The position numbers were made by a program, and so were the translations under genes. A stretch of 64,000 nt of DNA from the human T2T-CHM13v2.0 reference genome, Homo sapiens: NCBI RefSeq assembly GCF_009914755.1, contig NC_060934.1; one strand, 5' to 3'. Numbering within the stretch: position 1 is the stretch's first letter; each line of letters begins with the position of its first letter. Below are positions 31,141-44,800 of this stretch, one piece after another. The notes beneath the pieces were generated by a model that did no database searches, was not told where the DNA came from, and saw only the letters and a program-made list of their open reading frames with translations.

Positions 31141-31689
31141 TAGGTTTTCAGAGGAAAATTCTTTTATCAACATCTGTATAAAAGAAATGATGAGGCAGAA
31201 TTTGGGCCCTTTGAAAAACTCTCCAGTGCATTGCCACATGCTCCCAAGTGGACTGAGTCCCTTGAGAGTCAAGACGTGGTCTTATAAATTTTATGTCCCC
31301 TAAAATTGTACTACAGTCTTCTGCATATAGTAGATGGTCCATAAATATTTCTCTTTCAACATGCATTCTTGAGCATGCACAGAGTGCCTGGCACACTAAG
31401 TGAAAGGAAGCAACATAGAAAGAGATTGCAATGAATATTTATGGTGCACTTGCTCCTCATGCTGAGGGTTCACAGAAGTAGGCAGAGAAACAGAAGACAG
31501 ACTCTGGGCTCAAGACACTTCCCAGGAACAGTATAGGCGCATGGCAAATACTAAATGGATAGCTGCCATTATTTCCCTTCTCTTCTGCAAGTTCCTGAAG
31601 ATTTAGAGGACTGCCCACTTTTGAAGATGCAGCATTTTACAGAAAGAACATGGGTCTCAAAAACCATAACCTACTCCAGGAATCCTTAA

Positions 31690-31878
<189 letters not shown>

Positions 31879-33612
31879 GCCTTTGGCTCCAGAGTTTCTT
31901 TCTGAAGTGCTCTTTGATTACCTTTTCTATTTTTATGATTAGATGCTTTGTATTAAATTGCTTCTCAATGATGCATTTTAATCTTTTATAATGAAGTAAA
32001 AGTTGTGTCTATAATTAAAAAAATATATATATATATACACACACACATATACATACAAAGTCAAACTGAAGACCAAATCTTAGCAGGTAAAAGCAATATT
32101 CTTATACATTTCATAATAAAATTAGCTCTATGTATTTTCTACTGCACCTGAGCAGGCAGGTCCCAGATTTCTTAAGGCTTTGTTTGACCATGTGTCTAGT
32201 TACTTGCTGAAAAGTGAATATATTTTCCAGCATGTCTTGACAACCTGTACTCTTCCAATGTCATTTATCAGTTGTAAAATATATCAGATTGTGTCCTCTT
32301 CTGTACAATTGACAAAAAAAAAAATTTTTTTTTCTCACTCTAAAAGAGGTGTGGCTCACATCAAGATTCTTCCTGATATTTTACCTCATGCTGTACAAAG
32401 CCTTAATGTTGTAATCATATCTTACGTGTTGAAGACCTGACTGGAGAAACAAAATGTGCAATAACGTGAATTTTATCTTAGAGATCTGTGCAGCCTATTT
32501 CTGTCACAAAAGTTATATTGTCTAATAAGAGAAGTCTTAATGGCCTCTGTGAATAATGTAACTCCAGTTACACGGTGACTTTTAATAGCATACAGTGATT
32601 TGATGAAAGGACGTCAAACAATGTGGCGATGTCGTGGAAAGTTATCTTTCCCGCTCTTTGCTGTGGTCATTGTGTCTTGCAGAAAGGATGGCCCTGATGC
32701 AGCAGCAGCGCCAGCTGTAATAAAAAATAATTCACACTATCAGACTAGCAAGGCACTAGAACTGGAAAAGACCACAGAAAACAAAGAATCCAACCCTTTC
32801 ATCTTACAGGTGAACAAACTGTGATGATGCACATGTATGTGTTTTGTAAGCTGTGAGCACCGTAACAAAATGTAAATTTGCCATTATTAGGAAGTGCTGG
32901 TGGCAGTGAAGAAGCACCCAGGCCACTTGACTCCCAGTCTGGTGCCCTGTCTACACCAGACAACACAGGAGCTGGGTCAGATTCCCCTCAGCTGCTTAAC
33001 AAAGTTCCTCGAACAGAAAGTGCTTACAAAGCTGCCTTCTCGGATACTGAAAGGTCGAGTTTTCTGAACTGCACTGATTTTATTGCAGTTGAAAAAAAAA
33101 AAAAGCTATTCCAAAGATTTCAAGCTGTTCTGAGACATCTTCTGATGGCTTTACTTCCTGAGAGGCAATGTTTTTACTTTATGCATAATTCATTGTTGCC
33201 AAGGAATAAAGTGAAGAAACAGCACCTTTTAATATATAGGTCTCTCTGGAAGAGACCTAAATTAGAAAGAGAAAACTGTGACAATTTTCATATTCTCATT
33301 CTTAAAAAACACTAATCTTAACTAACAAAAGTTCTTTTGAGAATAAGTTACACACAATGGCCACAGCAGTTTGTCTTTAATAGTATAGTGCCTATACTCA
33401 TGTAATCGGTTACTCACTACTGCCTTTAAAAAAAAAAACCAGCATATTTATTGAAAACATGAGACAGGATTATAGTGCCTTAACCGATATATTTTGTGAC
33501 TTAAAAAATACATTTAAAACTGCTCTTCTGCTCTAGTACCATGCTTAGTGCAAATGATTATTTCTATGTACAACTGATGCTTGTTCTTATTTTAATAAAT
33601 TTATCAGAGTGA
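31879..33612 (+). other. PAPSS2: PAPSS2 3' UTR (end approximate)
   Basis: Repeat-poor AT-rich sequence after the stop, ending just after AATAAA 33594-33599; a T/GT-rich tract follows. Confidence 0.8.
33594..33599 (+). terminator. Distal PAPSS2 polyadenylation signal AATAAA
   Basis: AATAAA with upstream TGTA and T-rich sequence and a downstream gttttttctg...gggtgtgggtt element. Confidence 0.8.
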
Positions 33613-33752
33613 AGGCTGAGTTTTTTCTGCCTGTACCATTGGGTGTGGGTTGACCACACAACTTAAGGGCTTTGTGACTTTGTATAATTGGAGTGAGACA
33701 GCAGCAACTCTCTTGAACATCATAACTGAGATTATTTACCCTTATTCATGTC

Positions 33753-34048
<296 letters not shown>

Positions 34049-34825
34049 CTTTTTTCTTGTTTTTCTTTTTTTTTTTTTTTTGCCTGCAGTGGTGCAATCT
34101 TGGCTCACTGCAACCTCTGCCTCCTGGGTTCAAGCAAGAGTAGCTGGGATTCATTACTGGGTACATACCCAAAGAAATATAAATCATTCTGCTATAATGA
34201 CACATGTACACGTTTATTGCAGCACTGTTTACAATAGCAAAGACATGGAACCAACCCAAATGCCCATCAATGATAGACTGGATAAAGAAAATGTAGTACA
34301 TATGCACCATGGAATACTATGCAGCCACAAAAAGGAATGAGATCATGTCCTTTCCAGGGACGTGGATGAAGCTGGAAGCCATCACCTTCAAAAAACTAAC
34401 ATAGGAACAGAAAACCAAACACTGCATATTCTCACTAGTAAGTGGGAGGTGAACAATAAGAACACATGGACACACAGAGAAGAACATCACACACCGGGGC
34501 CTGTTGCGGGGTGGTGAGGGGAGGGAACATAGAGGACAGATCAATAGGTACAGCAAACCACAATGGCACACATATACCTATGAAACAAACCTGCATGTCC
34601 TGCACATGTATCCATTTTTTTTTTAGAAGAATTTTTTTTTAAGAGTAGCTGGGATTACAGGTGTGCGCCACCACACCTGGCTAATTTTTGTTGTTTTTTT
34701 CTTTCGGCAGAGACGGGGTTTCGCCATGTGGTCTAGTCTGGTCTTGAACTCCTGAGCTCAAGCAATCTGCCCGCCTCAGCCTCCCAAAGTGCTGGGATTA
34801 CAGATGTGAGCCACCATGCCCAGCC
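34049..34825 (-). mobile_element. Alu split by an L1 insertion
   Basis: Alu arms at 34049-34151 and 34641-34825. Confidence 0.88.
34152..34640 (+). mobile_element. 5'-truncated L1PA (L1PA8-like) 3' end
   Basis: tgcccatcaatgatagactggataaagaaaatgt, ggtacagcaaaccacaatggcac; perfect 16-bp TSD aagagtagctgggatt. Confidence 0.92.
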
Positions 34826-35721
34826 TATTCTTGTCATATTCTAAATTGTGCTCTAGATGTGTAAGATACATGGTCTCAGCCAAGCACTTAATGACATTTT
34901 TGGTAGTTGCTGGGTTGTCCAGCGGCCTCCTTAGCCCAGAACTTCATCACAGGTGTTTGTTTTTTGTTTTTTTTTTTTTTTTGAGATGAAGCTACTTTGT
35001 TCCCTTTACTTCAAAGGCACAGATCTTATTCTCTAAGTGCCCCTAAGGAGTTTCACCAGTAGGGCTGGAAGCAGTTGGGTTTTTCTCTCAGCAACCCCTG
35101 TACCTCTAATGCAGAAAGGGTTACCTGTTCCCACCAAAACTTTCAGCAGCCTTCAGGCCTGCAGCTTTTTTCCGTGAGTCCCTCCTTCCCTTCTATCCTA
35201 AAGGCTTCATGCATTTTTTTTGCTGCTGATCCTCACCCCAAATACAACTGATGTAAATAGCCAATTCAAAGCTGCCATTTGTAGTCCCCTTTTTTCTCCC
35301 CATGTTACTTGGTGGCTCCTAGTGCCAATTAGTACGGCAAAGTGGCGGGATATGTCTACGTAAACACATGAAGATGTCAGTGTTGCTGAAGGAGTATGCC
35401 AAACTGTTTCAGGATATTTTTCAGAAAAGACTCTGAAAGGCATATGTTATCATTTAGTCAGATGGTGGCAAACCCTTATTAAATGTATCAACACTTTTAT
35501 CAGGTCACAATATTTTCCCAATCATCTTCCCTGCAAGAAGAAACAAATCTCGATTACTTGGGAACAGCAATTCATTTTCTCCTTATCCTCCTTTTTTTCT
35601 ATTATGTGACTTTCAGGTCTACCACTGATCTGCAACATAACTTTCCTTATAGGCAGGAAACCAGCAAACTGGGTAGGCACCAGGTCAGTCAATTGTTCTT
35701 ATGTCTAAAGGTTTGATGGAA

Positions 35722-36030
35722 TGAGGGGAAGCCACAATATGCCACCTCAGAATATACTTCTTTGGCATATTTCAAGTTGATTATTCTGAGAACTGCAGGC
35801 AGGAATAGCTCTGAAAAGCTGTCCATTTCTAAAGGAAATTTACATCTATCCACCTTACTAAACAGAGGATGCAAGCAGAGGTTTCTCTCTGAAGGCCCTT
35901 TATCTGCCTAAAGAAAGATAAAGCTCTGACACCTCCCTAAAACAGAGACTACCACAGGCAGTCACCTATTCTTCTGATAGCTGTTGCCTAAGAGATTTCA
36001 TTTGCACAAGACAGCCTTTGCTTACCATGC
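35722..36030 (+). mobile_element. MER4-group LTR fragment (MER34/MER67-like)
   Basis: tgaggggaagccacaatatgccacctcagaatatacttctttggcatatttc; resembles the reverse complement of the 16049-16616 LTR. Confidence 0.55.
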
Positions 36031-36261
36031 AAAGTTGCTCACCATCCATCTAGGCAGAGTGGGGCAAGCCAAGCAGCATTCATCAAGTGGAAGTGGAGCT
36101 TATGGGATCTGAAGCAGCAGTCCCTAAAGGCCCGTCCACACAAACTACATACGTAAGTTGCTCATACTTCCAGCATGTCCACTTGTTATAATATTGCCCT
36201 TCATTTAGTATATACCCAACACCCAACATATTTCAATGTCAGGGCTTCAAGTAACCACCTG

Positions 36262-36697
36262 GTCATTTGTCAGATTTTGTTTGTCTAACAGTCTTTCCCA
36301 CAATTTCCTTTGAATAAATTACCTCTCCTTTCACATTTAGTCTTGATGAATCAGTAAACCCAGCTGCTTTGCCTCAAACCATTTAAGCCGAAGTAGTTCC
36401 TGTAGAGTCCTCTCAAAGCTCCAAGACTGCCAGGGGTGATTTCTGACCTAGGTTTGCACACTCACGTCCAGGCATTTAAATCTTGAATGGGCATTTTAAG
36501 CAGCTGGAGTTAATTTAATCCATGATGAATAAAAGCAAGATTATTGAGCAATTTCTGCTTAAAAAAATCTTCGGGAGCTAAGTTTCTATCCTGAGTCTGG
36601 TTCTTTAGCTTCCGTTTGATCTTATATCCTTCAAATAAATTCTTTATTGCTTAGGTTAGCTAGAGTTGGTTGCTACAAACAGAATCCTAACTGGTAT
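36262..36697 (+). mobile_element. Old MLT1-type MaLR LTR relic
   Basis: 3' end aataaattc...tagagttggttgctacaaacagaatcctaactg. Confidence 0.45.
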
Positions 36698-36930
36698 TCT
36701 TTGTAAGTCTATGACTATGGCCTAACAGATGACCCTCATCTCCCTTAGACATGACTGCAAGTGATTTTGTTTTACTGGATATAGCCAATCCCCTATTTGA
36801 GTTATCTTGGCCATTCTTTGAATTTCTGGAAACTGTGTATTTTCAGAACAGTGAGATATACACCACTGTGTTCTAGTTTCAGTTCCAAATTTGCATGTCA
36901 GTAACTTATTTCAATGTTTTGGCTTTAGGG

Positions 36931-37070
36931 TTTTTTTTTTTTTTTTTTGTAGAGACAGGGTCTCACTATGTCACCCAGTCTGGAGTGCAATGGCACAATA
37001 TCAGTTCACTGCAATTTTCACCTCCTAGGCTCAAGTGATCCTCCCCAGCAGCTGGGACTACAGGTGCACT
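36931..37070 (-). mobile_element. Truncated Alu (right arm only)
   Basis: TSD ttggctttag. Confidence 0.85.
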
Positions 37071-37436
37071 TGGCTTTAGTTTTACAACTGAATTGTCATG
37101 GTTTACAAACCTGTGTCCCTGATGCATCCCACACCCAATACTAACATTCACTGTTACCTATTTTAAAAGCACAAAAGCTAGTATTTGAAAGTATTCTCAT
37201 GCAGGTTTATGACTGTAAATATTAGACGATTACAAAAATATAATCCCACTTCAGTGTTTTAGTAATGAGACCCTTATCGGCCATTAATAAATAGTATAAA
37301 TTTTACACCAGGGTAACTGGGATGTTTTCTGTTTCTTCTCACATTGCTAAGTGGTTTTAGGTTTGATATCATCTGCACACAGCATCTGTGTCATATATGA
37401 CAATCACATTTTAGTCAATTATGTTAGAAGCTCATA

Positions 37437-37442
37437 TTTAAT
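37437..37442 (-). terminator. Candidate distal ATAD1 poly(A) signal ATTAAA
   Basis: TTTAAT on + equals ATTAAA on -; GT/T-rich sequence downstream on the - strand. Confidence 0.45.
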
Positions 37443-38317
37443 AAGGTTCAAGTTCTCCTCAATATGATTTTCATTAACATCATGATTTAGGCAGAATGTT
37501 TTCCTATACATGTAAATAAAGAGAACTTTAGCTTTAAAAAAAAGATTAGAGAACTCTATCTTTGATAACTAAATCTATAACAAATTTAATAATGAAGGCT
37601 CTGAAAGATTTCTGTCAGCTCTAGATGGAATTATTCTATGACTTCATTTGAAGCACCCAGTTGGTGCTGGAGTTTCAGCCATGCACTATATATATTCAGC
37701 ATATCAGAATTCTGTTCAATATTCTGATTTTAAGAGAAGCTAAAAAGAAACATAAAATATACATCATCCAATTTATTTTCTTTATCCAGAAGAAATCTGT
37801 TAACATTTTCCCAAAATAACAATTCAAGTAAAAAATTCCTACCAACGAGATGATGTTGCCACCATTTTTACACAAGCACACTCACGGCTTGAGACATCCT
37901 CATCTAGCATTAAACCTGTAAGTTACAGCTACTAAATAATGTTAAGCTATTATGATGCATACAGAATAGAGTACCCCAACCCAGCTCTTAATGAATGCTG
38001 GGTTTACCTGCAGGTAGGGGGTTGGCTGAGATTAAAAGGAGAAACATAGTAAAGGAGATACTAAATTGATTCAAATACTTCATTTCTAAACTCTACAAAA
38101 AAGGCCTGAGAATAGCTTGAGACACATCAGACTTATCAAAAGTCTTCCAGCAATGATGCTTTTAGAGAAACATGGCATAAATGATCCTTTCAGTCTCAAT
38201 CCCTGGAGTACAGGCCTAGGGATTATGGAACTGGTTTAAGCATGGAGAATGCTTAAAGAATGAGCCTGGTCAACAGGAAATGTACATCAGTGTGCAAAAG
38301 TGACAATATTAATACGA

Positions 38318-38520
38318 CAGCTAACATTTGAGCAGTAATTCTGTGCCAGGCACTATGCTGAGGGCCTTACATGCATTATTTTATTATCCAACCCTTTAAG
38401 ATGAGTGCCACTGTTGCCCCATTTTACAGATGAGAAACTGGGCTCACAGACACACAGTTAATGGGGAGCCTGAGTTTAAATTCAGGAAGCCTGATTCTAG
38501 ATCCAGTACTCTGAAGTATT
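38318..38520 (-). mobile_element. MIR SINE
   Basis: tgtgccaggcactatgct...ccccattttacagatgagaaactg. Confidence 0.8.
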
Positions 38521-39024
38521 ACCCAAAATGAATTATCTTAGAATCTAGAATTCAACTATATGTGAAATGCATGTCTAAAACAGAAGGATAGATGTTACAT
38601 AACACTAAAAGTTATTTAAAAATCAGGAAAATAGTTTCCTGAATTACTTTATGGTCTTAACATGCCTAGATGAGTCATAGTTGCTGGGATTAGTATACTT
38701 CTCTAACTTCATTTGATGATTAAAACCACGAAGAAATTGAATAACCACTCCTACTGGATATTGTGAATTTAAGAGAAGACAAAAAGAAAGGACATGTGGA
38801 GGTATACATTACTCCTTATTTTCGATTAATATGTCACCAGATTAAAATTAAATTACTGAAATTCATATTAAAACAGAAATGACTAGATACTAGGATATGT
38901 GCTATAGAAGTGTGAAAACTCCATAGCAAGATAAAGTCTAAACACAAGTTTTATAAACCAAAAAAAATCCCAGAAAACTTAAAATTACTGAAAAAGACCA
39001 AAGATTAAGTGGAGAACAACCAAT

Positions 39025-40593
39025 AAAGAGGGACCCCTTTATTACACATTTATAAAATAATAGAATATAGTTATTAAAAATGGGACACTTTTTTTCATTT
39101 TTGGTATCTTGTATTCAGTTTTTCCATCCTCTTCACAATCTTCCATAACTTGCTTTTTGTTATCCATTGTTCACCTGAAACTTCCACCCCACCATTCAAA
39201 GTACAACTGAAGAATAAACGATCTAACAGATTCTTGTGAGACACATTATCAGATAAATTAATCCAGTGACACATGAATAAAGATTTAGAGTTTTTAAAGA
39301 AATACAGTAAAAGCAAAAACATATGAAGCATAATTTAATCTGATGATTCAGAAGGCACCTCAAGATTGTGTTGTGCCGTTTTCCTCATGCTGCGTGGTTA
39401 GGTGCCTATAACAGAATTCTGGTTAGTAAAATTTTGAAAAAAATTCACATATAATTCACATTAAACGACTACAGATAGATACAATATGGGCATTTTGATG
39501 TGTACATTTGTACCTGACTTAGGGCACAATTTATAATAATATACTAAGAAAACTAAAATTAATTATAAAATGAGTATTTTTAGCACACTTAGTAACAGCT
39601 ACTTGTTTTAAACTATTATTTCATTTTTGGTGACCAAATTATATTTGACCATAATTAAAGAACACATAACCTTAAAATAATATTTAAGAAACATAGTTAC
39701 AACAGACATGTTACATTAAATGAAAAAAGGAAAGAAATGTACATGTATTAAAGGGTACTGAGGTTTTTCAAACCCATTCTTTTGAAAGGCCTTTTAATCC
39801 ACTTTCATGTAAACCAATTTAAATTTAAAAAGTTTATACTCAAGAGGTGAAATCAGTGTTGAGCACATGGCTGCCTAACAACCATTCAATGCTGATCACT
39901 GAACTAGTATTTTCATTTGATTATCCTGACAAACATAATAATTGAGCCCATGTATATATGCAAGATGTGGAGGATCCAACTAATAACTGCAGAAATAAAA
40001 ACACTCAACTTAAAAAAGGTTGAAACAAATGACAAATGGAAATGGCTGAATCACTGTACCTTTTTGACACAACCTTAAATCTTAGTTTTACTATATATTA
40101 TTTGGTACTCCTGGATTCAGTAGTTGGGGTAAAAAAAGTTTCTATATTCAAACATATCTACAGAATGTCAATATAAAATGTGTGGATATATACATTTAAT
40201 ATACACATACATACACGCACACACACAAACGCATACTCACATGTCTAGGAACCAGCACCTAACCACATCCCCGTTTCTCACTAATGACCCAATGAATCAT
40301 TTATGACTTTAAGACCAGCTTAGATTCTATAAGGCTGTACAATATATGGCTGAAAAGGTCAAACACAAGCACCCACGTTCAGGCTGGATTCAACTGTTCC
40401 TCCTCATGATTTTTGACCAACAGTAATACCACCTATGTAACAACTATATCTCAATAACTTAGAATTCAGAGTATAAAACCATAAACACTGAGCTCCCTCA
40501 TTGTTTAAAGAGCACTCTTTCCGTTCTATTTCCACTAACTGATAAGAGGACACACCAAACTAGATCACTGAACTGTACAAATGATCTTTACTC
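39025..40593 (-). other. ATAD1: ATAD1 3' UTR (proximal form; may extend to about 37420)
   Basis: Repeat-free stretch between the stop codon and AATAAA. Confidence 0.75.
39038..39043 (-). terminator. ATAD1 polyadenylation signal AATAAA
   Basis: TTTATT on +; on - it is preceded by TGT and followed by T-rich downstream sequence; about 1.55 kb after the stop. Confidence 0.75.
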
Positions 40594-40714
40594 TTAATCT
40601 AAACAAACATGTGTTAAAACATTCTGAAATGCTGCATCCTTTGATTTCTTCATCTTTTCAATTGCCCGATGCAGGTCCTGCTGTTGAACAGGCCGAATTT
40701 CATCTTCGTCATGG
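40594..40714 (-). CDS. ATAD1: ATAD1 last exon (exon 10), coding part
   Basis: Minus strand ttttag|C; (S)HDEDEIRPVQQQDLHRAIEKMKKSKDAAFQNVLTHVCLD-TAA; 121 nt. Confidence 0.97.
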
Positions 40715-41533
40715 CTAAAATGCAAACAAAACCATCAAATACTCAAATAACTTTAGAATATGCCTCCCTAAAATATTTTACCAAGATTTAAAAGAGATGC
40801 ATGTGGTAAAAAAAAAATTTTGTTTTCAACTGTAGAAAAGGGTATAAAAATGAAATCTCTTTACCATTCAAGACCCCAAAGACAACCACAATGAACAGCT
40901 TCATGTAAATGCTTCCAGGAATTATCTACACATAGAGAAATCATAAGGAATTTTTTAAAAGCACTGAGTGCTAAGAAGTAGGAAGCTAAAATAGCTACAA
41001 AGACTTCACATCTATAAGTACACAATATTACCATAAGGTAAAAAATGTTATATGGTTTATTGAAATGGGAATATAATTCCAATTTAAAAAATCACGTTAT
41101 TCCCATGAAAACTGTAATTAAAAAGTAGCATTTCTAGGTATATACTTACATGCATGTTTTGCTTTTTACAAATTGAGAGTAAAATTCTTCACTATCAGTA
41201 AAAATCAACTAATCCAAATCCTCCCTACTTCAATGAGAAACAAAGTCCAGAATATTATGGCTCCCTTGTAATTTACAGATATTCAGGGAAAAACATTCAG
41301 GAAAAAGTTATAACCCAAGTCCATCCAGATTTTTCATACTGAAATATAAAATTATAAAATATGAAATTCAGGAAATATAAAACTAGCCAGACTTTTCATA
41401 CTGAAATACAGTTTTCAGGGCTTTGAGGCAGCAAAAAAATAGATCTTTCATTATTAGTGTAATTTACCTAAGCAAAATTTACGAACTGGTTGGTTATTTC
41501 TCCTCTTAATCTTATATATAAGAATAAAAACCT

Positions 41534-41816
41534 GGCCAGTAGCGGTGGCTCACACCTGTAACCCTAGCACTTTGGGAGGCCAAGGCGGGTGGATCACCTG
41601 AGGTCAGGAGTTCGAGACCAGCCTGGCCAACATGTCGAAATCCCGTCTCTACTAAAAATACAAAAATTAGCCGGGCATGGTGATGGGCGCCTATAATCCC
41701 AGCTGAGACTGAGACAGGAGAATCGCTTGAACCTGGGGAGAGAGGTTGCAGTGAGCCGAGATCACACCACTTCACTCCAGCCTGGGCAAAAGAGCGAAAC
41801 TCCGTCTCAAAAAAAA
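41534..41816 (+). mobile_element. Alu (S-like)
   Basis: TSD aagaataaaa(a)cct. Confidence 0.93.
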
Positions 41817-42695
41817 GAATAAAACCTTTGGAAGGTAGATTCTGAGGGTGCACTAACGATGATGAGACCAGAGCCACTGCATATACAGCTACCAGTTGAC
41901 AGAGTAGCTTTCATGCAGACCTTTCTATATCAAAGCTCGCAAAACATTTTTTTGCTGAAGTTTGCTATGGCAACACACTGCAATTAAATATATGAATACC
42001 ACAGGCAAGGAGTGAAATCCCTAGGAAGGTGAGGAAGGGAGACCAAGAGACAAAGGGACAAGAGTTGGAGAATTCCTTTAACACAACCCCTAAAAGTACA
42101 CTGGAGTTCACCAAGAATCACAGAAATTGTTAGAAGGCTGATATTCTGAAAAGAAATGCAGTATAATACTGGTTCCAGGCAAGTGGCATTTTAGGAAACT
42201 TCCTTTAGGACATGGTTCACCAGGGCTGAACTATTCCAGTTCATTAGTATCTTTGCTGAAATAAGGCTGTTAAAAAAATTGGATTCTCAACTTCACTATA
42301 CTTTGGAACTGGTTCCAAGTAAAATTGCTGCAGTGATAAATGGTTTCTTTGTTCAGTAAATACATTTTCGTTAACAAATTGAGGTCTAGTCTTCAATATC
42401 TCCAATTTACATGGGAAATTTCCCCTCACATTTACATGTGAAATTTCCACGGATCATCAGAAGAAATTCACCTTTTTTCTCCTTCATTCTAGACCCTTCC
42501 CACAATTCTGCCCTCCTTCATTTTCAGAATTCTGCTTTGGAAAAATGGCAATAAATAAAGTTGCAGGGGGTGATAATCCAAATTTACCTTTTATTTCATA
42601 AGCGGTGTTTCTAATATAAAGCAAAATAAAAGAAACTAACCTAAAAGCTCTAAAAGATTTTGACAAGTGTTAAAAATCAAGTCAAAATAACATAC

Positions 42696-42829
42696 CTTTC
42701 TTCTGATGTAGAATTAACATATTCTCTAACACAGAGGAGGGCAGCATCTCGACACATCTCTTTTAGGTCACTTCCTGAAAACCCATCAGTTTCCTGGGCA
42801 ACTTCTAGCAGGTCTACATGCCTATCCAC
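42696..42829 (-). CDS. ATAD1: ATAD1 exon 9, AAA+ small helical subdomain
   Basis: tttaag|GTG; VDRHVDLLEVAQETDGFSGSDLKEMCRDAALLCVREYVNSTSEE(S); AG|gtatgt; GFSGSDL motif; 134 nt. Confidence 0.98.
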
Positions 42830-43839
42830 CTTAAACAAATATAAAAACATGCTTAAAAAACAAAAATAAATATATTGTAAATGATACTACCAAACACCCA
42901 TCTTAAAGAAAGTTAAGCATATTATAACTGCATGGGAGGAGAAACAATAGTTTCTAGAAGCTTTTTTTAACCACAAAAGCTTAGAAATTTGAAATATAAT
43001 TTTCATTATTTGTCCTTATGATTAAGACAAATAATTATTACTAGATACACTGTAGAGTGATGGGGAAGAACGGATATTGGACTTTCTTTGATATCTCTCA
43101 AGAAGGTACCAAGGTGACATTTTTCTGTAATACATTCAACATACAGTACTTGGCAAATAACCTACATCAAGAGTCCATTACAAAAAAAAAAAAACAAAAC
43201 ACTCAACATTCCTTTTAATTGTAATGCTTGGTATTCTATTATCTCAACATGAATTTAGCACCTATACTTTTGCTCCTCAAGCTAAGCTTATAGTCAAGCC
43301 AATTAAGTGACTGTCCTAGCCACATAATAGACTTGAGATAGTCTAATCATACTAAACTTATGTACAGATTAAGAAGAGAAAATAAGCAAGAAAAAAATCT
43401 ATAACTACCATCTAGTAAATGATTCTTATGTCTCATTCACTGGGGTAAGCACTTTGCATGTATTATTCTCATTTAATCTTCTCAGAAACTATCAATTTCA
43501 TTTTCAGATAAGAATCATGAGACCTGGACAGGTAAACACGGTCAGAGCCAGGATTTGAACACAATATAGTGAGGTCCAGCTGTATTTTTCCCCTGTTCAG
43601 CTCATCACTTGTTACAGCAACATTTACTTTCCCCCACTGATGTGAAATGACACCTTATAGTTACTAAATTCCCATTTGTATTTGTATTATATTTACTAAA
43701 TTCCCATTTGTATACGTGGAAGACACAGTGTTTTAGGAAGAACAGCAACTCTACACAAGGACAAGAGACTTGAAGGTGAGACAACACTGCCAGCTCTGCA
43801 ACTGTGACCTCACATGACAGTGCTCTCATTCCTAAACAT

Positions 43840-44800
43840 GAGGGTTACATGAAGATAAATCATGTTTTTTGATAAAAAGAAACTGAACCCAGAGGGCAGG
43901 AGTGCAAGCAGCAATGATAAGCAAAGCAAATGGTAAATACATGGATAAATCTAAATAAACTTTAGCTATATAAATAGTAGTAATAATAGTTATTATAGTA
44001 GTCATAATCATTTGGGGTACAAAAACAAAGTGGAGCTAAAATGCTGTACAATAAGGACATGTAAGACAGAGGAGACATCTACATTAAAGTACTCTAAAGT
44101 GTTACAATTAAAGCATTAAAAAGAGGGTACAGATATTATTAACTTAGACTTTATGTATGTATGTCAAAATACATAGGTACCACTAAAGGATAGAAAGGGT
44201 ACACTAAAGGAAGAAAGAGAATGTGTAATTTCCAAACCAATAGAGGAAGGGAGAAAAACAGAATAAAGAATACAAGAGCAGTATTAACAAACTCAGGACT
44301 AGAGGGTTGGGACAAATAAGCAAAGAAAAAGCATAATAAATGGAAAGCATTAAAATAATAATGAATGAATCCAAATTTATGAGTAATTACCATAAATGCA
44401 AATAGACTAAACTTGGCTGGTAAAAGATTTTATACAAAAGAACCCAAAATGTAGCTATTTGAGGTTTATAATAGACAATACTTATGCTAAAGGGAAAAAA
44501 ACAGTCTTTGTGTTACATTTGAAATAAAAACAAAGAAAAGCAGGAAGTAAAAGACTGAAAGACATCAACGATTAATAAAAAGAAAGCTAATGTAGTTCTA
44601 GTTACATCAGATTTTTACTCAAAATGCATAATTGAGAAGTCATTATATAATGATAAAAAAAAATTCACCAGAAAAATACAACAATTCTGCCCCTGTAGAC
44701 ATACATGTAACATGGCCTCAAAACATATACAGCAGAAATTTATATAATTACATATAAAAATGGGCAAATTCACAATACTGGAAGATTTTTAACTTATGTC
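43840..44800 (+). mobile_element. Old L1M fragment (inter-ORF and endonuclease region)
   Basis: A-rich; ataaatgcaaatagactaaac and aagaaagctaatgtagttctagttacatcaga. Confidence 0.55.

Noticed and set aside
32600-33315. 74-aa and 145-aa ORFs in the PAPSS2 3' UTR
   Set aside because: TTG starts, no recognisable domain; the longer one crosses an A homopolymer
36040-36200. Short stretch resembling ERVL/MaLR internal sequence (cagcattcatcaagtggaagtgg)
   Set aside because: Too short and diverged to call without a search
39095-39331. 78-aa sense ORF in the ATAD1 3' UTR
   Set aside because: No recognisable homology or splice link; length is compatible with chance; would need ribosome profiling
41281-41408. 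Dispersed 22-bp repeat ccaga(t/c)ttttcatactgaaata plus short attcagg repeats
   Set aside because: Real but looks like ordinary local duplication in AT-rich intron; no functional cue
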